NCBI GenBank assembly: GCA_943373065.1
Contig: CALSBA010000009.1
Coordinates: 19,194-83,193, forward strand
Origin: Synechococcus sp. UW140
GTDB taxonomy: Bacteria; Cyanobacteriota; Cyanobacteriia; PCC-6307; Cyanobiaceae
Length of the DNA: 64,000 nt
Direction of reading: 5' to 3'
Position numbers and translations under genes: made by a program
Shown here: positions 54,018 through 62,199 of the stretch, in pieces
How positions within the stretch are numbered: position 1 is the first letter of the stretch
Layout of the letters: each line of letters begins with the position of its first letter
Notes under the pieces: model-generated
Database searches by the model: none
The model's input: the letters and a program-made list of their open reading frames with translations, nothing else
Told to the model about the DNA's origin: nothing

Positions 54018-54483
54018 GGGGGTGGCTCAGGGATAGTCCGTTGGTCCCGTCATCGCGCCTGCAATGGCTGATTGTCCAGCCGTACTGCTTCTGAAGCTTC
54101 AGAAACATCACCAGTCCCCAATGGGCTTCCCGGGCCAGGGGATCATGACCACTGGCTGCGACCTCCGCTTCCACTCTGGCCAGTGCCGCTGTGAAGTCGA
54201 AGGGTTCCCCATGATCAATGATCTGAATGCAGAACGCCTCGCTGGATCGCTGGAGCGAAAGCTGCACCTGGGGCGGCGCAACCAGGTGGGCATGGGCATG
54301 ACGAACGGCATTGGTGAAACCTTCCACCAGTGCCAGTTGAGCCTGCATCCATAGATCCGAAGGAACGTCTGGGTGCTGTTGTCGTTCAAACCAGGACAGC
54401 ACGGTGTCCAGTTCGCCGAGATCGCTGCTGACGGCCAGTTCGCTGATGGGTTGCCGTGCATCGGCTGACAAGTCCGGGTTCAT
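53983..54483 (-). CDS. RsbW/SpoIIAB-like anti-sigma factor Ser/Thr kinase (HATPase_c)
   Basis: LALVEGFTNAVRHAH (N-box) and IIDHGEPFD (G1). ATG overlaps the stop of the STAS-glycosyltransferase gene. Confidence 0.82.
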   Translation of the reverse strand: MNPDLSADARQPISELAVSSDLGELDTVLSWFERQQHPDVPSDLWMQAQLALVEGFTNAVRHAHAHLVAPPQVQLSLQRSSEAFCIQIIDHGEPFDFTAALARVEAEVAASGHDPLAREAHWGLVMFLKLQKQYGWTISHCRRDDGTNGLSLSHPLRADESVVGSC

Positions 54484-55481
54484 GCCGCCCCCGAATCCTT
54501 GCTCAGAAGCACAAGGAATGTTTTGACAATTAATTTCAGATCATAGGCCAGACTCCAATTCTGTTGGTATCTGAGGTCGAGCCTGATCACATCTTCGAAA
54601 TCACGGATCGATGACCTGCCACTCACCTGCCATTCGCCACTCAGCCCGGGGCGCACATCAAAGCGCTGCCAGCTTGGAATGGCATAACGAAGCACCTCAT
54701 CGGGTGTGGCTGGCCGGGTGCCGATCAGGCTCATGTCACCGATCAGCACATTCCAGAACTGGGGCAGCTCATCGAGGCTTGTCTTGCGCAGAATGCGCCC
54801 CACTTTGGTGATCCTGGGGTCGTTGTCGTTTTTGAAGAACGCCCCCTGGGCCTGGTTCACCACCATGCCTTTGAGCACCTCGGCATTGCTGACCATCGAG
54901 CGGAACTTCCAGATGCGGAAATGGCGGCCCATCCAGCCGCAGCGAACCTGGCTGAACAGGATCGGCCCCGGGCTGTCCAGACGGATGGCCAATGCCATCG
55001 GCAGGAACAGCAGCGCCGTGACGCCAAGTCCGATCAGCGCACCACAGATGTCCATGAACCGCTTGAGTCCGGAACGCACCGATGGGTGGGTCAGGGGGGG
55101 GCGTTGGTCTTCGACGTGCGAGAGCTGGGGGAGCAGGCCCTCGGAATGGGCCGCCACTGGCAACACCTTCTCCAGCCCGGTCATCTGCAGCGCCAGGAAC
55201 ACCTGCCGGTGCAGGCTCCAGGCGCAGAGGGGAACGTCTTGCTCCTTGGCGGTCTTGATGGCGCCCACCAGGGCACCGATGCCGCTGCTGTCGATGACGG
55301 CGGTGCGGCCGAAATCCAGAACCACCTGCCGCAGACCATCCACCTCAGCCAGCCAATCGGCGAAGCCGGCACGGAAAGCCACCGCTTCGCTGACGGTGAG
55401 CCGTGGTGGCAGCTGCAGAAACAGGATGCCGTTCCGGACGGTCCTGACGAATGCAGAGTGGGGAGACTGGCTTCCCATCAT
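54480..55481 (-). CDS. STAS (anti-anti-sigma) domain fused to a priming polyprenyl-phosphate glycosylphosphotransferase
   Basis: N-terminal VVLDF...IDSSGIGALV...TGL (SpoIIAA-like). C-terminal KRFMDI, GPILFSQVR.G, KFRSM, DPRIT.VG..LRKTSLDELPQ, GDMSLIG.RP and RPGLSGEWQVSGRS. Confidence 0.9.
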   Translation of the reverse strand: MMGSQSPHSAFVRTVRNGILFLQLPPRLTVSEAVAFRAGFADWLAEVDGLRQVVLDFGRTAVIDSSGIGALVGAIKTAKEQDVPLCAWSLHRQVFLALQMTGLEKVLPVAAHSEGLLPQLSHVEDQRPPLTHPSVRSGLKRFMDICGALIGLGVTALLFLPMALAIRLDSPGPILFSQVRCGWMGRHFRIWKFRSMVSNAEVLKGMVVNQAQGAFFKNDNDPRITKVGRILRKTSLDELPQFWNVLIGDMSLIGTRPATPDEVLRYAIPSWQRFDVRPGLSGEWQVSGRSSIRDFEDVIRLDLRYQQNWSLAYDLKLIVKTFLVLLSKDSGAA

Positions 55482-55969
55482 GTCGCACCAAAATCCGCAG
55501 AAAAATGGCTCTGGAGACTGCGACACAGGGACTGGGCGGAACTGTCCGTCACATCACTGATCGACGTCTGGAACGGGGCCTGGAGAAAGCGAACCAGATC
55601 ACCCGGACTCCAGGCAATCGGCACACCCATTTCCGTCAGCGCCAGGGCGAGTTCCACCTGGTGGTCGTCAACATGCTCCTGGTAGCGAACGCTGCGGGGC
55701 ACAAGAATGAAGGGCTGCTGCATCTCATCAAGCAACAGCACGGTGCCCTCCCCGCAATGGGCAATCACCACCCGTGCCTTGCGAATCAGCGACCGAAAGG
55801 TGTCTTCCTTCACCAACCGATAGACCGTGGTGCCACTGGGGAGAAGGGTACAGGTGCCGTACTGAACAACGATGTCCTCGTTGATCAGTTCCTGTTGGAT
55901 CAAGAGCTCCACCCACTGCATCAGCCGGTTGAAGGGGAACTGCTCCGTACCGACGCTGATGAGAATCAT
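55478..55969 (-). CDS. PssE/Cps14G-family glycosyltransferase catalytic subunit (Alg13-like)
   Basis: ISVGTEQFPFNRL, VIAHCGEGT and PR....EHVDDHQ. Confidence 0.9.
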   Translation of the reverse strand: MILISVGTEQFPFNRLMQWVELLIQQELINEDIVVQYGTCTLLPSGTTVYRLVKEDTFRSLIRKARVVIAHCGEGTVLLLDEMQQPFILVPRSVRYQEHVDDHQVELALALTEMGVPIAWSPGDLVRFLQAPFQTSISDVTDSSAQSLCRSLQSHFSADFGAT

Positions 55970-56421
55970 GATCCGATCTTGCTTTGGACAAGCTCGGCGC
56001 GGGGATAACGAAGCTGCAGCTGGGGCCAGTGAACGTAGAGAATATCAAGAAATGGATGGACGATTCGTGCCGAAAGACTGAGCGTTTGAATACGGGTCAC
56101 GGACTCGATGAACACGGTCTTGCACCCAAACAGTTTACCGATCAGAAGAAAGGGAACGGCAACTCCCGCGCCGGTGGAGAGGATCACGTCCGGCCGCTCG
56201 GTGCGGATCACCTGCAAGGCGAGCCAGAGGTTGCGCAGCAGATTCGGCAGGTTGCGGTTCGTGGGGCTGTGGGCCCAGAGCACCTGCTCCTGGGCCAGGG
56301 CCGTTTCCGTGGTGGCGGTTCGAAACGTGACCCAGAGATGGGGATGGCGCTGCCAGAAATCGGCCAGCTGCTGCAGCGCCTTGAAATGACCCCCTGATGA
56401 GCAGACCAGCAAGACCTTCAT
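55966..56421 (-). CDS. PssD/Cps14F-family glycosyltransferase accessory subunit (Alg14-like)
   Basis: CSSGGH, RPDVILSTGAGVAVP and FIES.TRI..LSLSAR. ATG at 56421. Confidence 0.9.
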   Translation of the reverse strand: MKVLLVCSSGGHFKALQQLADFWQRHPHLWVTFRTATTETALAQEQVLWAHSPTNRNLPNLLRNLWLALQVIRTERPDVILSTGAGVAVPFLLIGKLFGCKTVFIESVTRIQTLSLSARIVHPFLDILYVHWPQLQLRYPRAELVQSKIGS

Positions 56422-57449
56422 CGGCTCAGTTTCCCACGTATGCGCCGCTGCTGACTGGCTCCTGTGGAGCGCAGCATCAGACCCTCCAGCCAGCGATAGG
56501 GAGCCTCCGGCAACAGCCGCAGCAGGTAGGCCGCCAGCAGCGTGATCAGGGTGCGTCGCGGTTCCTCCAGCATCACCCTCCAGTCGGTGGCCAGGGATTG
56601 GTGCAGCAGACGCACGGCCATGGCGCCGTCCCGCTGGCGGGTGGCCCGGCGGGCCAGATAGCGCAGCTGATAGGCGCGGGCCCTGGAGCCCCATTGGGCG
56701 ACGAACTCCGGGTGGGTGGCTTCGGTCTTGAGCAGAACCCGCTCCCAGGAGGCGTACTGCTTCATCAGGTTGGCCGAGAGTCCGCCGTCGCTGATGCGGT
56801 AAAGCGTCAGCGCCTCGGGGAGGCCTTCAATGCGCCAGTGGGTCTGGAGCGCAATCCGCAGCCAGCATTCGATGTCTTCGGACTGACGGAAGCTGTCGTC
56901 AAAGTAGAAGTCTTCCACGTCGCCATAGAGATTCGCCTCAAAGCGAATGGCGGTAAAGACGTCCCGGCGGATCACCACCGCCGAGCCATTGCCGATCGGA
57001 TTGCGACAGAAGACGATCTGCGGGGTGATGTCCTGCAGCCTCGGCATCTGGTAGATCCCGATCGGCCTGGAGTTCTCATCGATGAATCCGGAGCGGGAAT
57101 AGCTGACCCCCACCTCCGGCCGCGATTGCAGATGGGCCACATGGCGCTCCACTTTGGTGGGCAGCCACAGATCATCGCTGTCCAGAAAGCCCAGGAACTC
57201 CCCTTTGGCCTGCCGGATGCCTGTGTTCCGGGCCCCGGCCAGGCCCCGGTTCTGCTGATGCACCACCCGAACGCGCCCGTCCGCGTACCCCTGACAGATC
57301 GCCACCCCGTCATCGGTGGAGCCGTCGTTCACCACCAGGATCTCCAGGTTGGGGTAGGTCTGGCTGAGAACGGATTCCAGGCTTTCCCTCACCGTGGCGG
57401 CGGAGTTGTACAGCGGCATCACCACCGAGACCAGGGGAGATTGGCTCAT
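56418..57449 (-). CDS. Family 2 glycosyltransferase
   Basis: VSVVMPLYN, NDGSTD, GLAGARN.G, FLDSDD (DxD) and SEDIECWLR. Confidence 0.92.
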   Translation of the reverse strand: MSQSPLVSVVMPLYNSAATVRESLESVLSQTYPNLEILVVNDGSTDDGVAICQGYADGRVRVVHQQNRGLAGARNTGIRQAKGEFLGFLDSDDLWLPTKVERHVAHLQSRPEVGVSYSRSGFIDENSRPIGIYQMPRLQDITPQIVFCRNPIGNGSAVVIRRDVFTAIRFEANLYGDVEDFYFDDSFRQSEDIECWLRIALQTHWRIEGLPEALTLYRISDGGLSANLMKQYASWERVLLKTEATHPEFVAQWGSRARAYQLRYLARRATRQRDGAMAVRLLHQSLATDWRVMLEEPRRTLITLLAAYLLRLLPEAPYRWLEGLMLRSTGASQQRRIRGKLSR

Positions 57450-57459
57450 GGGAATGCAC

Positions 57460-58440
57460 TCACGGGCGGAAGGGGGCCAGCAACTGGCGCGCGAAAACGG
57501 CCAGGGCCGTCAGCACGGTACGGCGCGGCTGTCGCAGCAGGATCCGCCAATCCGAACGCAGGGAGCGCAGCATGAAGTCGGTGCCGATGGCGGGCGCTCC
57601 TCCCAGGCGCAGGGAGCGCCGGGCCAGGTAGCGCAGTTGGATGGCCTGGGCGGTGGCGAAGTGTCGCGCCACCAGCTCAGGCGCATAGCCACGGGCTTCG
57701 CTGATCAGCCGCAGCCAGCCCTGTTCCATGCGCTGCAGGCTTGAGGACAGCCCCCCGGCCGAGGTGCGGTAGTAGGTGAGCACCTGCGGTAATCCGGCGA
57801 TCGGCCAGCGGCCATCGCAGGCCACCCGCAGCAGCCATTCCAGATCCTCCGAATAGCTCATGTCAGCGACGAATCCGCCCACCGAATCGAACACCTGCCG
57901 GCGCAGCACCCAATTGGATGTGGTGTTGGTGGGGTTCTCACAGAGAAAATCCACCGGCCGATGCGATTCCCGGGGCAGGGCCGCCAGCAGGCCCGTGGGC
58001 GTCCCCTCAGGGGACAGGAACGCGACGCGGGCGAAACTCACGCCGACATCAGGATGGTTGGCGTGGTACTCCACATGCAGGCGCAGTTTGTCGGGATGCC
58101 AGAGGTCATCGGCATCGAGGAAGGCGATCAGGGGCGCATGGCTGAGGGCCACCCCGCGATTGCGGGCCATGGAGACCCCGGCGTTGGGCTGGCTCACCAG
58201 GTGCACCCGGGGATCGTCTGCGAACAGGCGCGACACGATGGCGAGGCTGTCGTCGCTGGAACCGTCATCAACGGCGATCAGTTCCCAGTTGCTCAGGCTC
58301 TGGTTCTGCACCGAGCGCAGGGTTTGCGCGATGTGAGGCGCCGCGTTGTAGATCGGAACCACCACGGAAATGGCCGGTACGTCCAGTTCGGCTGACTCTG
58401 GAACAAGAGCAGCGGTCTCGTGGTCATCCAAGGACTCCAT
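57460..58440 (-). CDS. Family 2 glycosyltransferase (paralog of the downstream GT2)
   Basis: ISVVVPIYN, DDGSSD, GVSMARN.G, FLDADD and SEDLEWLLR. Confidence 0.92.
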   Translation of the reverse strand: MESLDDHETAALVPESAELDVPAISVVVPIYNAAPHIAQTLRSVQNQSLSNWELIAVDDGSSDDSLAIVSRLFADDPRVHLVSQPNAGVSMARNRGVALSHAPLIAFLDADDLWHPDKLRLHVEYHANHPDVGVSFARVAFLSPEGTPTGLLAALPRESHRPVDFLCENPTNTTSNWVLRRQVFDSVGGFVADMSYSEDLEWLLRVACDGRWPIAGLPQVLTYYRTSAGGLSSSLQRMEQGWLRLISEARGYAPELVARHFATAQAIQLRYLARRSLRLGGAPAIGTDFMLRSLRSDWRILLRQPRRTVLTALAVFARQLLAPFRP

Positions 58441-58448
58441 CGTGGCGG

Positions 58449-59399
58449 CTACGACGTATGGCTGGAGCGGTGGCCACCCAGAAGCCGACGCAGGAAGGCC
58501 TTGAACCGCCCCATCAAGGTAATGCGGATCATCCGCAGGCGTTTGGCGTAGTAATCGAACTGGTTGATCGTTGGCGGCTGACCCTCCTGGAAGTGGTTCA
58601 GCTGGCGCGCAGGCAGCAGCTTGGATGTCCAGTCGACCGAGTTGATATGGCGAAACTGTTCATGGCCGAAACGGGCCTGAAGCTTCTCCTTGATCTGGTC
58701 AGGCGTGCGGTAGGGGTAGTGGCGGTTGTAGAGGCGCTGCGAGCAGGCTTTGGTGAGTCCGTTGGGCCACTGTGGGGCCACCGCTTCGTTCCAGGGTTGA
58801 TCGGGCTGGTTGCGGAAGAAGCGGTATTCCCGCCAATTGGCTGAGTAGTAGAGGCGTCGCTCGGTGATCGGTCGATTGGTTTCAAGCTTCTCGGCCGCCC
58901 AGTTCTTGTAATCGGCATCCGTGTAGTAGAACTGAAGATTCCAGGCCGTCACGAAGTCGGCCCTTTCACGGTTGGCCTTGGCCAGCACCTCCCTGGGATC
59001 CCCTTCCAGGAATTCATCCCCATCGAGCCGCAGCCACCAATCCCGATCACCCAGTTCATGGTTGTACTTGTTGTAGACGACCGATCGCATCCCATCGCGA
59101 AAGGGCACCAGTAGCTGCTCTTCAATCACAATCGCTGGATACTGCCGCGCCAGGGCATTCACGGTTTCCCAGGTGCCATCCGTACTGCCGTTGTCAAGAA
59201 CAAAGATGCGATCACAGAACGTCAGCGCATGAACCAGACAATCAGCAATGACGTCGCCCTCGTTCTTGATCAGGCAGATGGCGTAGATCTTCACGAGTCG
59301 ATCAGGCGGGCGGACGTCGGGGTTGGCTCTGATGGCACCCATGGCACCACGAACGTGATCCAGGCCTGCGGCGGGGGCAGCAAGGCACGAATGCTTCAA
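58449..59399 (-). CDS. GT2-like glycosyltransferase (Glyco_tranf_2_4 type); real start probably GTG 59294 or ATG 59343
   Basis: IYAICLIKNE.DVI, LDNGSTDGT and WWLRLDGDEF. Confidence 0.8.
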   Translation of the reverse strand: MKHSCLAAPAAGLDHVRGAMGAIRANPDVRPPDRLVKIYAICLIKNEGDVIADCLVHALTFCDRIFVLDNGSTDGTWETVNALARQYPAIVIEEQLLVPFRDGMRSVVYNKYNHELGDRDWWLRLDGDEFLEGDPREVLAKANRERADFVTAWNLQFYYTDADYKNWAAEKLETNRPITERRLYYSANWREYRFFRNQPDQPWNEAVAPQWPNGLTKACSQRLYNRHYPYRTPDQIKEKLQARFGHEQFRHINSVDWTSKLLPARQLNHFQEGQPPTINQFDYYAKRLRMIRITLMGRFKAFLRRLLGGHRSSHTS

Positions 59400-59471
59400 T
59401 CACCATAACCGCGCGTTGAGCGCGCCCTCAACGGCGCCACGATGTTGAAGCCTCAGGCTTGCGACAGTGGC

Positions 59472-60752
59472 TCACAGGCTTGCTGGCTGGGTGATCTGAA
59501 TCCTTCGCAGCAGCCGCTGCCCCATCATCAGGTAGATCGGCTGCAGCGAGAGATGGGCCGCCGCCACGGCCACGGCCACGCCCAGGGATCCCCAGGTTGT
59601 GCCGATCAGGATGGCCACGGTGAGAGCCACGGTGAAGGCCAGGTTCCAGAGCAGGTCCACCTGGGGCAAGCCCACGGCTCGGAACAGCATCGACGAGGCG
59701 TTGGCAAAGGGGCGTGACAGGGCCGACAGGCAGATCAGCATCAGGATCGGCACGGCACCTTCCGACACCCACTTCTGACCAAAAACGATCGGTACATAGA
59801 GGGGTGCCAGACTGCATTGCAACGCCACAACGGGCACGATCACCTTGGTGATGGTGAGCAGATTCTTGCTGAAGCGTCTTTTCAGTTCGGCGGGTTGGCC
59901 ACGGACGTCACAGAAGTCGGAGTAGATGGAGACGGACAGGGCATTGATCACACTCAGACTCAGACCCAATCCTGCGTTGAAGGCGAAGAAGTACACCCCA
60001 AGCGCTTTGACACCGATGAACCGACCGATCAGCAGATAGTCCACATTCTCTCGGAAGGTGTTGAGCATCTCCACACCCAGGATGCGACTGCCGAAGCCCA
60101 GCACGGATTTCCATCGCTTAAGCGTTAACGTCATCACGGGCCGCCAGGGCTCGAAGCGCAGCATCATGGCGACCCAGACGGGAGCCACCAACAGCTTGGG
60201 CAGCACAATCGCCCACATGCCCATGCCCATCAGGGCAAAGATTCCCGTCAGCAGGTTGTCGGTGACAACGGCTGTGAGGTTGGTCAAGCTGTAGAACTTC
60301 AGCCGATTCTGCCTGCGCACCAAGGCCGTCTGGACCATGGAGAGTGGGTAGATCAGATAGCTGAAACTGACCACGATGATCGGCAGGATCAGCGCGTTGT
60401 CTTTATAAATGCTGGCAAAGATAAACGAACCAACGATCTGCACGAGAAAGAGGCTGAAGCCGATCATCCAGTTCAGGCTCCATGCCGTCTGGCAGATCTC
60501 CTGGACATCCTTCTCATCGGCCTGCACGATCTTGTCGCCGATGCCGTTGCGTGTGAAGACCTTGACAAGCTCACCGGACGTCAACACGATCGCGGCAAGG
60601 CCATAGTCCCTGGGGCTCAGCAGCCTGGCCAGCAGAACCGTGGCCAGCAGCCGCGAGACGCGAATCCCCACCTCCCCCACGCCCATCCAACCGATGTTGC
60701 GGATGAATCGATCCTTCGGGATGAACCGCTTCAGGCTGCTGAGCAGGCGCAT
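59472..60752 (-). CDS. Wzx-type oligosaccharide flippase
   Basis: LARLLSPRDYG, about 11-12 TMs, DYLLIGRFIG..ALGVYFFA and P..FG.KW (PST family). Confidence 0.88.
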   Translation of the reverse strand: MRLLSSLKRFIPKDRFIRNIGWMGVGEVGIRVSRLLATVLLARLLSPRDYGLAAIVLTSGELVKVFTRNGIGDKIVQADEKDVQEICQTAWSLNWMIGFSLFLVQIVGSFIFASIYKDNALILPIIVVSFSYLIYPLSMVQTALVRRQNRLKFYSLTNLTAVVTDNLLTGIFALMGMGMWAIVLPKLLVAPVWVAMMLRFEPWRPVMTLTLKRWKSVLGFGSRILGVEMLNTFRENVDYLLIGRFIGVKALGVYFFAFNAGLGLSLSVINALSVSIYSDFCDVRGQPAELKRRFSKNLLTITKVIVPVVALQCSLAPLYVPIVFGQKWVSEGAVPILMLICLSALSRPFANASSMLFRAVGLPQVDLLWNLAFTVALTVAILIGTTWGSLGVAVAVAAAHLSLQPIYLMMGQRLLRRIQITQPASL

Positions 60753-60854
60753 CAAGGGCTAACCCCACGCGTTCGAGCTGTCATTGGACAGCCTCCTGTC
60801 TCTGGATTGCTCATCATGGCATCAAAGCTGGTAACGGCTGGCAGACCGGATGAA

Positions 60855-62186
60855 TCACGCTATGGGCTGAACTTCAGGCTGGAGGGAGCCTTTCTTCTCC
60901 TGTAGAGCCATTCCCATGATAAGCATTCCAGGCCAGAAGAGGTAGACCAGAATCTCCAGATTCTCGCCAAACGTATACATGAACAAAAGAATGATAATTC
61001 CCAGCCCGGCTGATCCAAGTTGATAGCGGGAACTGGCTGCACGGCGCAATAGATCAAGCGCTGTAACCAACATGGGAACAGCCAGAGCGACGAAGCCAAC
61101 AATACCCTTCACAAAAAGCACCCCGGCCCAGGTGTGATGGGAGCCAATGGCCATGTACTCAACCAGATGGGGGCCACCCTCGACAACACCATGCCCCCAG
61201 ATCGGAGCCTCTGTCTCCCAGCGATGGAAGGCTATTCGTTTTAATGCAAAGCGAACACGCGTAGAACCAGCCCGTGCACCTTTAAATCCTTCCCAGTAGT
61301 CGTTGATGGCAGTAAGTATGGAAGTGGCAAAGATTCCTCCTAGATAGGATACAATTCCAAGAGAAATCAGCATGGACGGTTTGCGGAGCCTGGAAACCAC
61401 CGCCGTAACGGTTGGGATCAAGATGATGGCAAGCTGGGCAAGACGCGACTTGCAGACGAAGCACATGACGATGGATCCAATGATGCCAAGAGTTTTCCAT
61501 CTGCGATCCTTTTCCAGAAGACAAATCATGAAGTTGATGTTACCCACAAAGCCAAGGGCCGGCCCCCATGGAGAGAAGAGGCGCCAGCGAAGGTCACCGG
61601 TGCTGCCGTCAATCTCGTAGAGTGGAACATCAAAGAATTCATTTCCTGGACCACCGACGGCTCTCAATGGAGAGACATAGAGCACTTCTGGCAGGCCCAG
61701 ATGCGGGGTTAGCAGAAGCAGCGGCATGATCAGGAGCGTATGAAAGCCTACGATGCAAATGGCACGTGTCGGGATGCTGCTGCGAATCGGCAGAGCCCCT
61801 GCCAAGGGATAGAGCGCCAGGGCAGCCCACCCTTTAGCCCAACCAATCGTGGACTTGATGATCGCTCCAGTCCCTAGATTGAAGTTCACATGTCCTGCAA
61901 TCAAGGCAACCTCCATGATGATCATGCCGATGATCCAAAGCAAGATCACGGGTGATATGGAAATTTCTTCATTGTCCTCTGGGTGATCCATTCGTGCCAG
62001 GATCTTGATCAGCAGGCAACCCAGGAGTAGCCAGCACAGAACAGACCCCACAACATAAAGGCCCCCGAATAGCCAGATAGGGTAGGTGCAAACAATCGAC
62101 CACCAGACCAAACGCTCGGGCCAATTTCTTGGCTGAAGATCATCTTCAGACTGGAATACCTTTGAAAGAAGCGTTTTAAGTCCCAA
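60855..62186 (-). CDS. Wzy/O-antigen ligase-like polysaccharide polymerase
   Basis: About 10-11 TMs, CKSR, a periplasmic loop STRVR...PIWGHG...GSHHTW and G.VGF. Confidence 0.75.
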   Translation of the reverse strand: MGLKTLLSKVFQSEDDLQPRNWPERLVWWSIVCTYPIWLFGGLYVVGSVLCWLLLGCLLIKILARMDHPEDNEEISISPVILLWIIGMIIMEVALIAGHVNFNLGTGAIIKSTIGWAKGWAALALYPLAGALPIRSSIPTRAICIVGFHTLLIMPLLLLTPHLGLPEVLYVSPLRAVGGPGNEFFDVPLYEIDGSTGDLRWRLFSPWGPALGFVGNINFMICLLEKDRRWKTLGIIGSIVMCFVCKSRLAQLAIILIPTVTAVVSRLRKPSMLISLGIVSYLGGIFATSILTAINDYWEGFKGARAGSTRVRFALKRIAFHRWETEAPIWGHGVVEGGPHLVEYMAIGSHHTWAGVLFVKGIVGFVALAVPMLVTALDLLRRAASSRYQLGSAGLGIIILLFMYTFGENLEILVYLFWPGMLIMGMALQEKKGSLQPEVQPIA

Positions 62187-62199
62187 TGAAGACTCCTTG

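Noticed and set aside
59414-59433. Hairpin CGTTGAG-N6-CTCAACG between wzx and the GT gene as a terminator
   Set aside because: 7-bp stem with no U-tract on the coding strand; could be a processing stem but is not supported as a terminator.
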